In this document: piece after piece, positions 25,191-37,013 of the stretch
Position numbering within the stretch: the stretch's first letter is position 1
Layout: every line of letters begins with the position of its first letter
Source of the DNA: Felis catus
Taxonomy: Eukaryota
Length of the DNA stretch: 64,000 bases
Reading direction: 5' to 3'
Assembly: GCF_018350175.1 (NCBI RefSeq)
Contig: NC_058379.1
Span: 64,914,001 to 64,978,000, forward strand
Position numbers and translations under genes: made by a program
Notes under the pieces: generated by a model
The model's database searches: none
What the model saw: only the letters and a program-made list of their open reading frames with translations
Told to the model about the DNA's origin: nothing

Positions 25191-27589
25191 GCATTTTCTC
25201 CTTTCCCACCATACTTCTCAACACATGCAAAGCCACAGAGTCACAGAAGAATAGGTCTTGAAAAGTACTGTCTTTGCTTTCTCTGTATAAATAGAAGTAC
25301 TGTTAGTGAGGTATGACAGTTCGAGATGTGGTTCAAAAGATAAGTTGAGGCCACGTTAGTGGTCTTGAAAGCTTTAATGTAATCTTGTGGACAAGGGGAT
25401 ACCATTGATGTTCTGAAGGAATGGCAGAAGACAGACAAGTTGATAGATAATTAGTCTGATCTCTGGTCATAGTGCCTGGCACTGCCTCATGCCTCATTAG
25501 GTGTTTTTATGATGTTATCAGAATCATTTTTATTCTTTAGAAATGTCATCATCTAAAGTAGATTTAGGTCTTTTCAGACTACCTCTGCTATCTGTGATTA
25601 AACTCCTTTGGGGTCCATCATCAGTATATTAGTTCTAGATGTCTAAAGATGTTAAGCCCATTTCCCTAATCTAAGGGAATAAGAAATGCAGTTGCAGATA
25701 TCCTGTTTATCTTACCTATCAGATTCTGATCAAGAGAATATTCCCTTTAAATAATGGTTCCTTGATGGGAACCCCACCAGGAAGTATCTATACCCAGTAG
25801 CATTCAGAGAGAGTTCTTTTCCTCATTGGAAATGTGGATTCATGTTTCTTTCCTGTTTTATGAACCATAACCCCTGCTTCCTAAAACAAAAGCAGCCTGT
25901 TGTAAGTTATTTTTTTACATCATGCTCTATGCAAGAAAAGCAGAAGCTCATGTGTAAAAAAATAAAATAAAATAACAATAATAGTAATTACGGGACCAGT
26001 GCCACATGACAGCAGCAATAACAGCTTTCAAAATCCTTTGAGTGCAAAAGTCTTACTTGTTTTATGAGCCGACACATGGAGCTAGTCTTAAAAATAAAAA
26101 ATAAGAATGGTTTCTTGCAGTTCAGATTTCATAAGAAAAAAAATTGCATCTTTAATTAAGATTTATGGGCCTCGGTAGGGCCCAGCAAGAGGAGAGAAAT
26201 GGCTCAAGAGTGTAAAAACTAACAGTTAAAAATGGGGAAATATGATTAAGGGCCTTTAATTCCTCCTGCCTCTTTTGCAGGGCTTCCAGTGGCCCCAGGC
26301 AAAACCAGGCACTTATTGTCTTTAAAACAGCATTATTCTTGGCATAAAATGTTTATGAATCAAGATGAAACTTGTAAGGAATAATAATATCAACCTTACT
26401 TGAAAGGCTTTTCTTGCTAGAAACAATATTTAGTTTAATAAAAAAAATTCTTAAGTAAAAAATATGCATAAAAGCTTATATGCAAGGGAAGATGTATATA
26501 AATTGATGTCTTGCCTGGTGTTGGTTGAGCATTTTTCAGTTTTCATAGTAGCATATGCTGGATCTCGCTGGATCTTGTTAAAAACTTTGAGATGTAGTCA
26601 GGGCAGATATTAGGATCTCTACTTTGAAGATGAAGATTCTTTTCCAAGATGTTAGGCTACTTGTTCAAAGAGTAGAAAGGGACATAAATAAAAGTTTGAT
26701 TCGAAGTTCATACCCACTCTAGTGTATCATAAAGCTGTTTCTCTAAGAATTTATCTGTGCATGTTATTTCTACATCACATACACATTTTTTAAGTTTCAT
26801 GAGGGGCATTTTTCAAAAATGGAATGAAGAAAACCCAATAGTATATATTTCAATACTCTAACTATTAAAACTGAACAATAAAGATACCTTGTGCATGGAT
26901 ATTAAAGTGTTATTATGAAATAATATACACTTAATTTGATACAGAAAATAGAATTCATCAAGTTTCAGCTTACATTCCTCCCCAACACATTAAAAATCAC
27001 ATTTGAGAACAAATCATTCCAAAAATACCTGTAGCCATCATTGTCCCCACCATCACAAAGACAATTAATTATTCAATCCCATATTTGTTATTTTACTGAG
27101 AACGATTCCATCTCTTCTTTCTCTACAAAAAGCATCTTCTAGGGAAGGAACTGTCATCATCACTTATTACTCTACTCTAACTGAAGTTGGGAATGTCAGT
27201 ATATGATTTGTCAATTAAGTAAGACTTGCTTTAATTTTTAAAATTACTTCCTTAATGCTTCAAGGCATGTCCTCTTGATCTCATACTTTGATATTAATAT
27301 ATAAGCCATTCCTCTCATGATTGCATGGCTTAAATGATTCTTCACTCAATCCATCTTCTCAAATTCAAGTTCCAATCCAGTTCTAGCTCTACCATCCACA
27401 TGAGCAGCCTGTTCCTCCCAATGAGAAGAAGGAACACCTGTGGTGTCCATACCCAGCACTGGAATTTTAACTCATTTTCCTCTAAAGAGTTACAAATCTG
27501 GTAGTTACTCGTCTGACAACCTCAACTTTCCAGAAAGAGAAGAGAACCCAAAAAGTAGATGAAAAAGACTCTCCACAGGGTATCCAATA

Positions 27590-27900
27590 TATTCATTATG
27601 CATAAAAGTGGTCCTCATTTTCTCACCGTTCTCACTAGATGAATCACTTCCATGATTTTAGAAAATATCCTTATGAAGATGATTCCCAAATCAATTCCTT
27701 TAGTCCCAAGACTGTTCCCAAACATTATCCCTAAAAGTCATCTGATTGAGAAACTGCGTATCTAACCACTAATGCAACCTCATTTAATTTAAAATTAAAT
27801 TCATGATTGTGTCCCCAAAACTCTCTTTCCTTGGGTCCTCTAACAGTACTTGCTGTACTCATTCACCTGGAATACCTCCATTTCTATCAATACCCTTTCC
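27590..27900 (+). mobile_element. L2 ORF fragment
   Basis: 'tatgaagatgattcccaaatc' corresponds to degenerate YADDSQI of the L2 RT. Confidence 0.5.
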
Positions 27901-29252
27901 ATTTTTCAATGATTGGCTTGAATCCCATCATTTTGATGCAGACTCATGATCTCTTCAACTAAAATTGATCTCAATCACTTTTGAACTTCTAAAACCTATT
28001 GTAATTCTAATTGTTACCCAAGTATCTAAAACTGGTGATCTGTGTGATGCCAATAGAAACGCCTTTTTTGAGATAACTGTGCTTCAGTTTTATAAATGAA
28101 AAAAGTGTTTAAGGAGAGTTATCTCTAAAGTGAATTGTGCAAGGTGAACTCGTGAGATACAGGGGGAAAACATTAAATTTTCTATTTAAATCTATCTTAA
28201 ATGGGAATCTACCTATTAATTGGGAATTAATCTATTAATTGGGAAATTAATTTTATCTATATCTGACATACAAGTTGCCTGCATTGAAACTTGTGTGAAA
28301 AGGTCTCATGTCCCATGCAATGCACAGGATTTCTCAGAAAACAGCAAAAATTTCTTGAATTCAAAGGATAGACAGTGGGGACCTCATTCTTCCATTTGTT
28401 TTCCAATTAAGGCCAGGTGTTGCAGTTCACTTGTGCTTAATCAAGTGGATTTATGGGTAAGGTTGTCTATTATTAGCTATATTACCTTCACAATGAAGCA
28501 AACTAGCTTAAAATATTTCTTTCAAACTTATTTGAAAGAAATAAGCTAAAAACAGTAATACAAACACAAATAATAAGAAAATGGCAGAGCTGAAATATCT
28601 ATGTGTAGAATAAGCTCTTTATCAGGAATTTTATGAGAAAAAAATGAGTTATATAATTAGACTCATGGCAATATAGACTTTTAACCCCATGCTAGTATGT
28701 ATAGATCCATGAGATACAGCTATTGTAGTTATGATGTCATCATATTTGGGGGGACACTATAATATATACATACATCATTTAAAAATTATATTTTATGATC
28801 TAATGTTCATGATCTATCAATACTATAGTGTCTTTTATAACTTATAAGTGAATATTCATATATACGGTTGCTTTTTTGTTTTTTTTTATGAATAGAGATA
28901 TACAATTATGTAATTTGGAGACCACTGCCCTGGAGACCTAATTCTCATACAAGGGCTTCTAGATAGTGCATTGGTGGAGAGGTACTAGTGATGATGGTAG
29001 TACCAAATCCCTAGTGTCCCATAGAGATGCAAGTTGATTGGGCACTCCAACACTACAGAGTCAAATCTAGTGCTTAACATCAACACCACCACTGCTGCAG
29101 ATCTCAGCCACAAACATCCTATAGGAAATAGGCCAGGCCTCAGATGCTACAGCACTGTAACAATTCAACTCACTGAGTTGTTGACATCCATAATTTTTCT
29201 ACATGACCCTAGAGCAGCAAGGTCAGACAACATCAAGAAAACCTAGAACCAT

Positions 29253-29626
29253 TTCATGGAATCACTTAGTTCTTTAAGTCTCCCCTCGTGATCTAATAAT
29301 TTCCTTTCCTTTTTTTCAGCTTCATTATTTTCCATCATTTTACCTTCTATTTCACCTATTCTCTCTTCTGCTTCTTCAATCCTCATTGTCACAGTATCCA
29401 GTTTATTTTGCATCTCAGTTATAGCACTTCTGATTTCATCCTGACTAGTTCTTAAGTCTTTGATCTCTGCAGCAAGGGTTTCTCCGGTGTCTTCTATGCT
29501 TTTTTTGAGCCCAGCTAGTAGTCTTATGACTGTCGTTCTAAATTCTTGTTCAGATATATTGCTTACATCCATTTTGAGCAACCCCCTGGCTGTGATTTCT
29601 TCTTGACCTTTCTTTTGGGGAGACAT
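29253..29626 (-). pseudogene. L1 ORF1p N-terminal/coiled-coil fragment, truncated
   Basis: SPQKKGQEEITAR..MDVSNISEQEFRTTVIRLLAGLKKSIEDT..EEAEERIGEIEGK..LKELSDSMK resembles L1 ORF1p; truncated at the TSD. Confidence 0.85.
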
Positions 29627-30247
29627 TCCTCCATCTTGTTATTTGGCTAAGTTTCTGTCTTTTGAATATTTTAAAAGTTTGTTACATTTCCTGCATCTGA
29701 GAATACTGCTATATTAAAAAGGGGTCATACATTGCCCAGGCCATGGCAGTTCAGGCAGTATTTCTTGTGAATGCTGTGTGCACTCTGCTGTTGCATTTTG
29801 GCTGCTCTTTCCCACTACTCAGTCCTCTGCAGAGTTCCTCCTTGCTTGCAGTGGTGGAGTGTTTGGACATTTAACTAGGTGTGCTTTGGTTTGTTTGTTG
29901 AAGTAACCCCGGAAAAAGGGAGGAGGGAACCTGATCCCCCCCCCAAAAAAAAAAGAGAAAAGGAAAGAGAAAAAGAAACTCAAAAAACTATAAAGCTGAT
30001 TCCAAAGAAAAAGGAAGGAAAAAAAAAAACAAAGAAGAAGAAAAGGAAAAAGAAAGGAGTAAAAAAGAAAAAAAAGAAAGGAAAAAATAAAGAAAATAGC
30101 CTAATTACAAAAGAAAAAAAGAAAGAAGAAGAAAGAAAAAAAAAGAAAAGAAAAAAGAGCTGTCTGTGTTGTTTTGAAGCCTTCCATTTTCAGGGCATTT
30201 GGTACATGGGGGTGGTGGCTGTGTTGGTCTTCTGGAGGAGAGGCTCA
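29253..30247 (-). mobile_element. Carnivore L1 5'UTR plus ORF1 N-terminus (inverted part of a twin-primed insertion)
   Basis: ORF1p coiled-coil translation, T-rich 5'UTR tract (A-rich on plus at 29945-30158), carnivore L1 5'UTR motif 'ggtcttctggaggagaggc'. Confidence 0.9.
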
Positions 30248-30337
30248 TAAGTGATGAATCACTGAGTTCTATTCCTGAAGTCAATGCCACACTGTATGTT
30301 AACTAACTTGAATTTAAATCAATAAATTTTAAAAAGA
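30248..30337 (+). mobile_element. Carnivore L1 extreme 3' end plus A tail
   Basis: 'taagtgatgaatcactgagttctattcctgaagtcaat...tgtatgttaactaacttgaatttaaatcaataaa'; 18-bp TSD aagaaaacctagaaccat shared with 29235-29252. Confidence 0.9.
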
Positions 30338-30819
30338 AAGAAAACCTAGAACCATAACTTTTGTCCAGTGATTAATCCTGCTCTTCATCATGTCAAACAT
30401 CCAGTCTCTTGCCACCATCACTTCCTTAGCCCTGACAAATTTCATCTCTTAGGACCTTGTATATTCTTGCCTTTCCTCTATGATCAAGACCACCCTAGAC
30501 CATCAGACATATTCTAGTAACAGTGAACGCAAAGGGAAGTGGTAAGACTCCCAATTCCTTTCTACCAAGGGTCTTAGCTGCTTCTTTGTAGTTTTGTGGA
30601 TTCAAACATGTGGGGATGATGCTGTCTTCCAAGCTCCATATGACAGCATCTGAGACACAAATGGAAGTGGAAAGTTTAGAAGAAGGCAGACTCTTACTTC
30701 CTCCATCAATATCCTCAAAGCCCCGATTTCTTTCCAGGCATGGACCCATTACATGGATCTTCTCATTTTCTGATAATTCCATATAGAACAAGGGAAAACA
30801 GTAGAGTGTAGAGGTTTTC

Positions 30820-31050
30820 AACACAGGATTAAGGGCCAGATGGCCTGGATCACCTCACAATGCTACCACTGACCTGCTGTGTTGCCCTTGGGCAATCAAC
30901 AAGGTCTTTCTGGCCTCTCCTTGCTGGTGGAATGAAAAGGAAACTGAGACACTGAGAATTCAATGAGCCACTTCTTATAAAATACTTTTTACAGAGCTAT
31001 CTTTCACATAAAAGTACCTAATAAATGTTAGCATTAGGAATTATTATCAT
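30820..31050 (+). mobile_element. MIR
   Basis: 'ccagatggcctggat...gctgtgttgcccttgggcaa...aataaatgttagcattag'. Confidence 0.6.
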
Positions 31051-32298
31051 TATTACTATAAATTTTCTGTTTTCCAAAAACTTCAAACACCATATGTTAT
31101 TCTCCATATTTATTTGCTTAATGGTTAAATAAAGAAGTAGTTGAATGACTGAGTGATGCGTTTTGCCTATTATATCAAAATTGTTTTAGAAGTGTGAATT
31201 TCTTTAAACATAATGTAAGCCCACAATATTAAGATTGTTCCTAATTTGTATGTCTTCTCTACAATGCCTTATAATGCTGTCAATATTTTTTTTGCTTCTC
31301 AATAAATATGGAATAATCACACACTCAAAAAAAAATATCTGCCAAGCAGCCAATGCATATTTTTTTCTTTGGTTGGCCTCAAATTTTCATGACTTTAACC
31401 AAGAAAAATGACAATTGATAACAGGAATCTGAAAAATGACATGTTCCCTTCTCTCCTATGTAATTTTTAGTTGCCTATGTTGTCTTTCTTCCCTCTGGAG
31501 TTGCCTGTATCCCACCAACATAGTTTTAATCATCAGGGAACTCCCAGGAATGATCTAGAGGAGACCTCTTAGACCTGCACATACCCATCACCAGCACTTC
31601 CATGTGGAAAACCTCCTACTGTGCCTCTACTGCATGGCCTCCATCTAAAAAGGCATAAAAACCAGGAAATCTTTGGGCTTGATCAGAGCCCTAGAGACAT
31701 ACTGATGCCAAGCTGAGAGTAACTGAAAAGGTGAAGACATTGCCAAATACATGAATGTTAAACACAGGAGAAGAAATAGCAAGAGGAAGTGATCAAGACA
31801 TTTAACATCAGAATATCCTGCCTGAAAATTGATGGCTTCTTTCCTGTAAAATATACTCATTCCATGTGATTTGAGAGCATAAAGTGAATTTAGGAAAAGT
31901 ATTTTTAGAATGCAATAGAGAAATATGAACTTATAGATAGCCTCTGGGAAGCAAACTGATGCCTAGGGAATGCATTAAAATATAAGACTGTATGATCTCA
32001 GGTGTTACATCATTAATAATATATGCCTCTAAGTCCATGGTAAAGATACTCAAGTATCTTAAGGTACACAATCTTGGAGACGCTAATAAGAGATTCTTGT
32101 TTTCTATGAGTTCATGGTTCCACATCTATCTACCACATGTTGATAGAACCACACTTCCTCGAGAGTAAGAGACCAAATGTCCATTCTACCTGGTCTGCCA
32201 GAGCCAGGAAAATAAACCAGTGATGTGGTTATCCCCACATGTGTGTTTCTTTCTTAGAGCCATTTGGCAACTGAAACCTCAAAAGTAATGTCTATTAG

Positions 32299-32690
32299 TG
32301 TATCAGTCATAATGGGTTAATAGTGCTGTGATAACAAACATCCTCCAAAACCTCAGTGTCTGAGAGCAACAAAGTTTCATTTCTTGCTCATACTACATGT
32401 CCATCTTGGATGGTCTGAGAGCTCTGCTCCACTACATGTCTGCTTCAGACCCCAGGCTGACACAATAACCATCACCTGGATGTTGACAGCCAGTGACTGA
32501 CGGCCAATGACTGTGGCATTGGGAGAGAGTGCTCTGGTGAAAGAGTCCTGGAAGAGGCATACAAGTCTTCCTACAACTCATTGGCCAGAATTAGTCACAT
32601 GACCCTATCCAACCACGAAAGGGCCAGTAAGTTTAATTTTCACATGTGTCTCAAAAGCAGAAAGAAACAGTGTGAACATCACTAAGAATT
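32299..32690 (-). mobile_element. MaLR LTR (MLT1K/L-like)
   Basis: 'gtgctgtgataacaaacatcctccaaaacctcagtg', 'ttcttgctcatactacatgtcc', 'cattggccagaattagtcacatgacc'. Confidence 0.75.
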
Positions 32691-33098
32691 CCTTCAATCA
32701 GCAAAGATGAAAAAATGTCATATTATGAACATAAACTTAACCCCAAAGGCAGGGGGGTTGGAGGAGAATACAATATTATATTTGCTCTCTAAGAGATAGC
32801 AATCTTTTGGGATAAACCCGAACATCCAGAAAAGTAGCAGAAGTTAATTAGTAGTGAAGACCATTTACAATCAAAAGGAATATGAAACCTCTAAGTTCTA
32901 GAATGCCAGAATAGCACATAGTTTCCCCTTTAATATGTTGCAAACTATAACTGAAAATTTCAAATTATACCCTTCCAATCATGGCTCCACATTCCATTCT
33001 TAAATTTATTCAAATTACTCTTGTCTAAAAATCAGTATGTTATTGGATAGTTTTCTCTTCCTTTCTAATATATTAGCAAAATTACTACCATGCAGAGA

Positions 33099-33102
<4 letters not shown>

Positions 33103-33137
<35 letters not shown>

Positions 33138-33171
33138 CACACAAACACACACACACACAAACACACACACA
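33103..33171. repeat. Interrupted (CA)n microsatellite
   Basis: Directly visible. Confidence 0.95.
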
Positions 33172-33396
33172 TTTATATACCTAAAAATAACTAATGAATA
33201 AGCAAAAACAAGGGATATTCTCTGAGAAACAATTTTTTATAGTGGGATAATTTCACCCCAACACAGGTATATGTGCAAAATTAAAGTTTGTACTTCTGCA
33301 TCACTACTAAGTTTCACCTGTCAGATTTGGGGAACCACTTCAAATAAAACCAAGAATTCTCACTTTGAAAACACTAAAATACAAGAGAAATGTGTA

Positions 33397-33556
33397 GGGC
33401 TGCCTGGGTGGCTCAGCTGGTTGAGCATCTGACTTCAGCTTAGGTCATGATCTAGAGATTTATGAGTTTGAGCCCTGCATCAGTTTCTGTGCTGACAGCT
33501 CAGAGCCTGGAGACTGCTTCAGATTTTGTGTCTCCCTCTCTCCCTGCCCCTCCCCT

Positions 33557-33605
<49 letters not shown>

Positions 33606-33625
33606 AATAAACATTAAAATTTGAA
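33397..33625 (+). mobile_element. Can-SINE with long (CT)n
   Basis: Head gggctgcctgggtggctcag, body, long CT tract, aaaataaacatt; TSD core aatgtgta. Confidence 0.95.
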
Positions 33626-33906
33626 AACAATGTGTAAAAATAGTGCATTTTACCCCAACTGCTATTAATATACTATGTTCCTCGAGAAAGTAACATTTGC
33701 TGATTAAGTTTCATTATCTGTAAATTGAATGGTAAACTATACTAGATTGTCTATAGGGCCCTTTCCTAAGCTTGTATTTCATTTTAGAGAAAAACTGCTA
33801 TGATAGTCCAAAGATAAGCAAAGAGGGCATTATGAGCTCAATAGGAACAAAACAAATATGACATAAAATCATAGAGGTCATAAATAATAAACAACCTCTT
33901 TACATT

Positions 33907-33910
<4 letters not shown>

Positions 33911-33948
<38 letters not shown>
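33911..33948. repeat. Perfect (AC)19 microsatellite
   Basis: Directly visible. Confidence 0.95.
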
Positions 33949-33950
<2 letters not shown>

Positions 33951-34905
33951 TTCAGATTCCCTTGCACTTATCCTATCTTTTATTCTAAATTCACTCCTTT
34001 AAGGGAGAATATTTATAATCATTAACCACTTTTCCACTTTCAGAAGAAGGAAAGAGAATCAGACCTGAAAGATTATACAACTGCAAAAGTTTTTTGTTTT
34101 GTTCTGTTTTTATTTTTATGTATGAACAAGGATGCACTGCTTATTAGAGACATGATCAATGTGAAATACTAAAAACTGCATCATAAATGTGTCCAGCATA
34201 TTCTGACATTCAGGAATCTCTCTCTCATGAATTAATTCAAAATTTGAAGAATAGGTAAGGAAAATCAAGAGTGAGATTACACACACACATGCACATATGC
34301 ATATACATATACATATAAAGTTCAGAAAAGGCTTATGAGAGTAACCCACACTGACTGCTAGGATACTCCAAGGAAAATCATGAAATAGACTGTGATCTGC
34401 ATATCTTGAAACATGGGTTATATGCTATTAGAAGAGGGAGATAGGGAATGAAAGAAGGTCAAAGTCATACTTGCTGAGTGAGCAATACCAATAAACATAT
34501 TCATTTAAGAATGAATGGAGGGACTTCTTCCAAGAAGGATGGAGTAGCTTGTGGGATTTCCCAAAGAATAAATAGAAAAGCCTTATAAACTCTAAAAGCA
34601 TATATTTAAAGCTATCAGGAAGTTGCTGATTCAATAATAATTAGACTAATCAAGATTGCAGAGTGAGAACTACAGAGAAATTGGCTGGTGATCTGTAGCC
34701 ACTCTTTCCCTACTAACACTGGCTGATTCTGGAGACAGGAAAAGAGGAAGAAGAGTCAGGCCAGGCTTCACCTGGTCAGAAGACCACTACAGAGAACTAG
34801 ATTACTACCCTATTTGGTGATCTCACAGGATTGAAGAGACCATCTTAGAGATTTGAGAAAATTCATACATATCTGACTTCTCCCTCAAGATATTTGCTAA
34901 AGTCT

Positions 34906-35125
34906 TTTTTTTTTAATTTATTTAAGCTTTATTTTTGAAAGAGAGAGAGAGACAGAACATGAGCTGGGGAGGGACAGAGAGAAAGGAAGACACAGAATCC
35001 AAAGCAGGATCCAGGCTCCGAGCTGTTATCACAGAGCCCGATGTGGGGCTTGAACTCACAAACTATGAGACCATGACCTGAGCCGAAGTCAGACACATAA
35101 CCAACTTGAGCCACCCAGGCACCCT
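34906..35125 (-). mobile_element. Can-SINE
   Basis: Antisense full element; TSD gatatttgctaaa(g/t)tct. Confidence 0.95.
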
Positions 35126-35500
35126 GATATTTGCTAAATTCTGAGGTAACACAGGGTGGGAAGTTAGAAGATAATCGGGAGCCTCTGAAAAGCAGAGCAG
35201 AACTCTTGGTACTAGGGTAGTTTTTGTCTGTCCTAAAGACAGAAAGATTAGAGTTCGACTGAAAGTTCTTCAAGGATGCACCTCAGGAGAGGAGTGAAAC
35301 AAGGCAGACTGTGCTTTCTAAAAACTGCAACCCACCCTCAGTTGAAGCCTGTCCCTGATTGGAGTAAAGATGATCAGCTACCACTGACTGAATCAGACTA
35401 GCAGAGGAAAGGTTGAATCCTCTCAGAAAGATATCCTATGAAGTTACTAACAATTTTTACACACAATATCAGGCATTCAATAAAAAATTACTAAATATGT

Positions 35501-35682
35501 GGAGTGCCTGGTGGTTCAGTTGGCTAAGCATCTGATTTCAGCTCAGGTCATGATCTCATGACTGGAGGGTTCAAGGCAGCACTGGGGCTCTGCTATCAGC
35601 ACAGAGCCTGCGTCAGATCTTCCTCTCTCTGTGTCTCTATCTGCCCTACCCCTGCTTACACTCTCTCTCTCAAAAATACAAA
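35501..35682 (+). mobile_element. Can-SINE (older)
   Basis: ggagtgcctggtggttcagttggctaagc...gctcaggtcatgatctc...ctctctctctcaaaaatac. Confidence 0.9.
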
Positions 35683-36012
35683 CCCATTCCTGCCTCAGTG
35701 CCTTTATACATCTTGTTGCCCTTGCTTGGAATGCTCTTATTAAAGATATTCCTGGGACTCACTTCTTCAGGGTCTCTGCTCAAATGTTACCGCAGCAGAG
35801 TATCCATCTCTGGCCAACTTATACTCCATTTTCTCCATAATACTCAATACCATGCGATATATATTTATTATTTTTGTTTATCATGTATTTCTCCTAATTA
35901 GAATGCAAGCCCTATGAGGACAAAGGCTTTATCTATTTTGTTTATAGCTAGTTCCCCAGGGCCTGTTATGTAATAGATTTTCAATAAGTATTTGTTGAGT
36001 GAATTAATAAAT
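35683..36012 (+). mobile_element. L2 3' end
   Basis: 'cctgcctcagtgcctttataca...cttggaatgctct', 'tagaatgcaagccctatgaggacaaagg', 'tcaataagtatttgttgagtgaatt'. Confidence 0.8.
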
Positions 36013-36295
36013 GCAATTTTAAAGTTCATTAACATTTTTTAAAAACTATTAAAAATTAATAAACATAAAAACGACAGAATGATATCATTGAGGACAAAAC
36101 ACACAAGAATTTGTGAAAAATTGAGAAACAAACACACAAGAATAAACTGACAGGTGATCTAGCAATGCCTTCAGAAGAATAAAAGAATTGATGTTAAAAT
36201 GATAAATATGTTTTTTTAAGTAGTCAAAGATATGCATAAAATGGATTAAAAGTAGAAAAAAATTTCAAGAACTTATAGTTTAAAAAAAAAGAATC

Positions 36296-36510
36296 GGGGC
36301 GCCTGGGTGGCGCAGTCGGTTAAGCGTCCGACTTCAGCCAGGTCACGATCTCACGGTCCGTGAGTTCGAGCCCCGCGTCAGGCTCTGGGCTGATGGCTCA
36401 GAGCCTGGAGCCTGTTTCCGATTTTGTGTCTCCCTCTCTCTCTGCCCCTCCCCCGTTCATGCTCTGTCTCTCTCTGTCCCAAAAATAAATAAACGTTGAA
36501 AAAAAAATTA
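36296..36510 (+). mobile_element. Young Can-SINE (SINEC_Fc type)
   Basis: CpG-intact consensus-like sequence; TSD aaaaaaaaagaatc. Confidence 0.97.
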
Positions 36511-36560
36511 AAAAAAAAAGAATCAATAGAAATTCCAGAACTTGAAAATAAAGTACCTGA

Positions 36561-37013
36561 GGATGTCCAGGAGCTGTGATCCTGTGCGGGAGGGCCCTGT
36601 TCTCTCCAGGCAGCCTGGGCCCTGCCGGCCTGTGAAGCTGGGCGTCTAGAGCTATAAGGCCTGTCCTTGAGGATGGGGGGATGGTTCACTCTGCCCCAGA
36701 GAGGTCTGGCAGGGCAGCAGGGTCCAGCAGGCCTGGGGAAGGTCCTGTCACAAATTTTCATCTGGGTCCTATTCAGTAGCCTCCATATCATTTTGTTGGT
36801 AAGCTGTCTGGTTTTGCCCACTCTCAGTGGCTACTCATAATGGTATTGCCAGCTGATTGCCTTTTAGTACAGCTTTATGTTTATTCTTTTTTACCTACTT
36901 CCTAATAAATCGCCTTTTGTAATTTCTGCACTGTATTTTCCCTTTAAGTGTAAAACATGGTTCATATGAAATAAAGCTATTTGCCATTAAATTTTCATCA
37001 AAAAAATAAATAC
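36561..37013 (+). pseudogene. Retrocopy of an unidentified mRNA 3' end
   Basis: GC-rich, apparently non-TE insert interrupting L1ME ORF1; AATAAA at 36970-36975, A tail from 37000, TSD ataaa(g/aa)tacctga. Confidence 0.7.

Noticed and set aside
29879-30250. 123-aa lysine-rich ORF
   Set aside because: Antisense reading of the T-rich tract in the L1 5'UTR
36296-36380. tRNA-like A/B boxes and CpG-rich patches (also at 9318 and 63343)
   Set aside because: tRNA-derived SINE heads, not tRNA genes or CpG-island promoters
36378-36821. 147-aa minus-strand ORF
   Set aside because: Runs across retrocopy, L1 and SINE boundaries with a non-ATG start; no domain recognised
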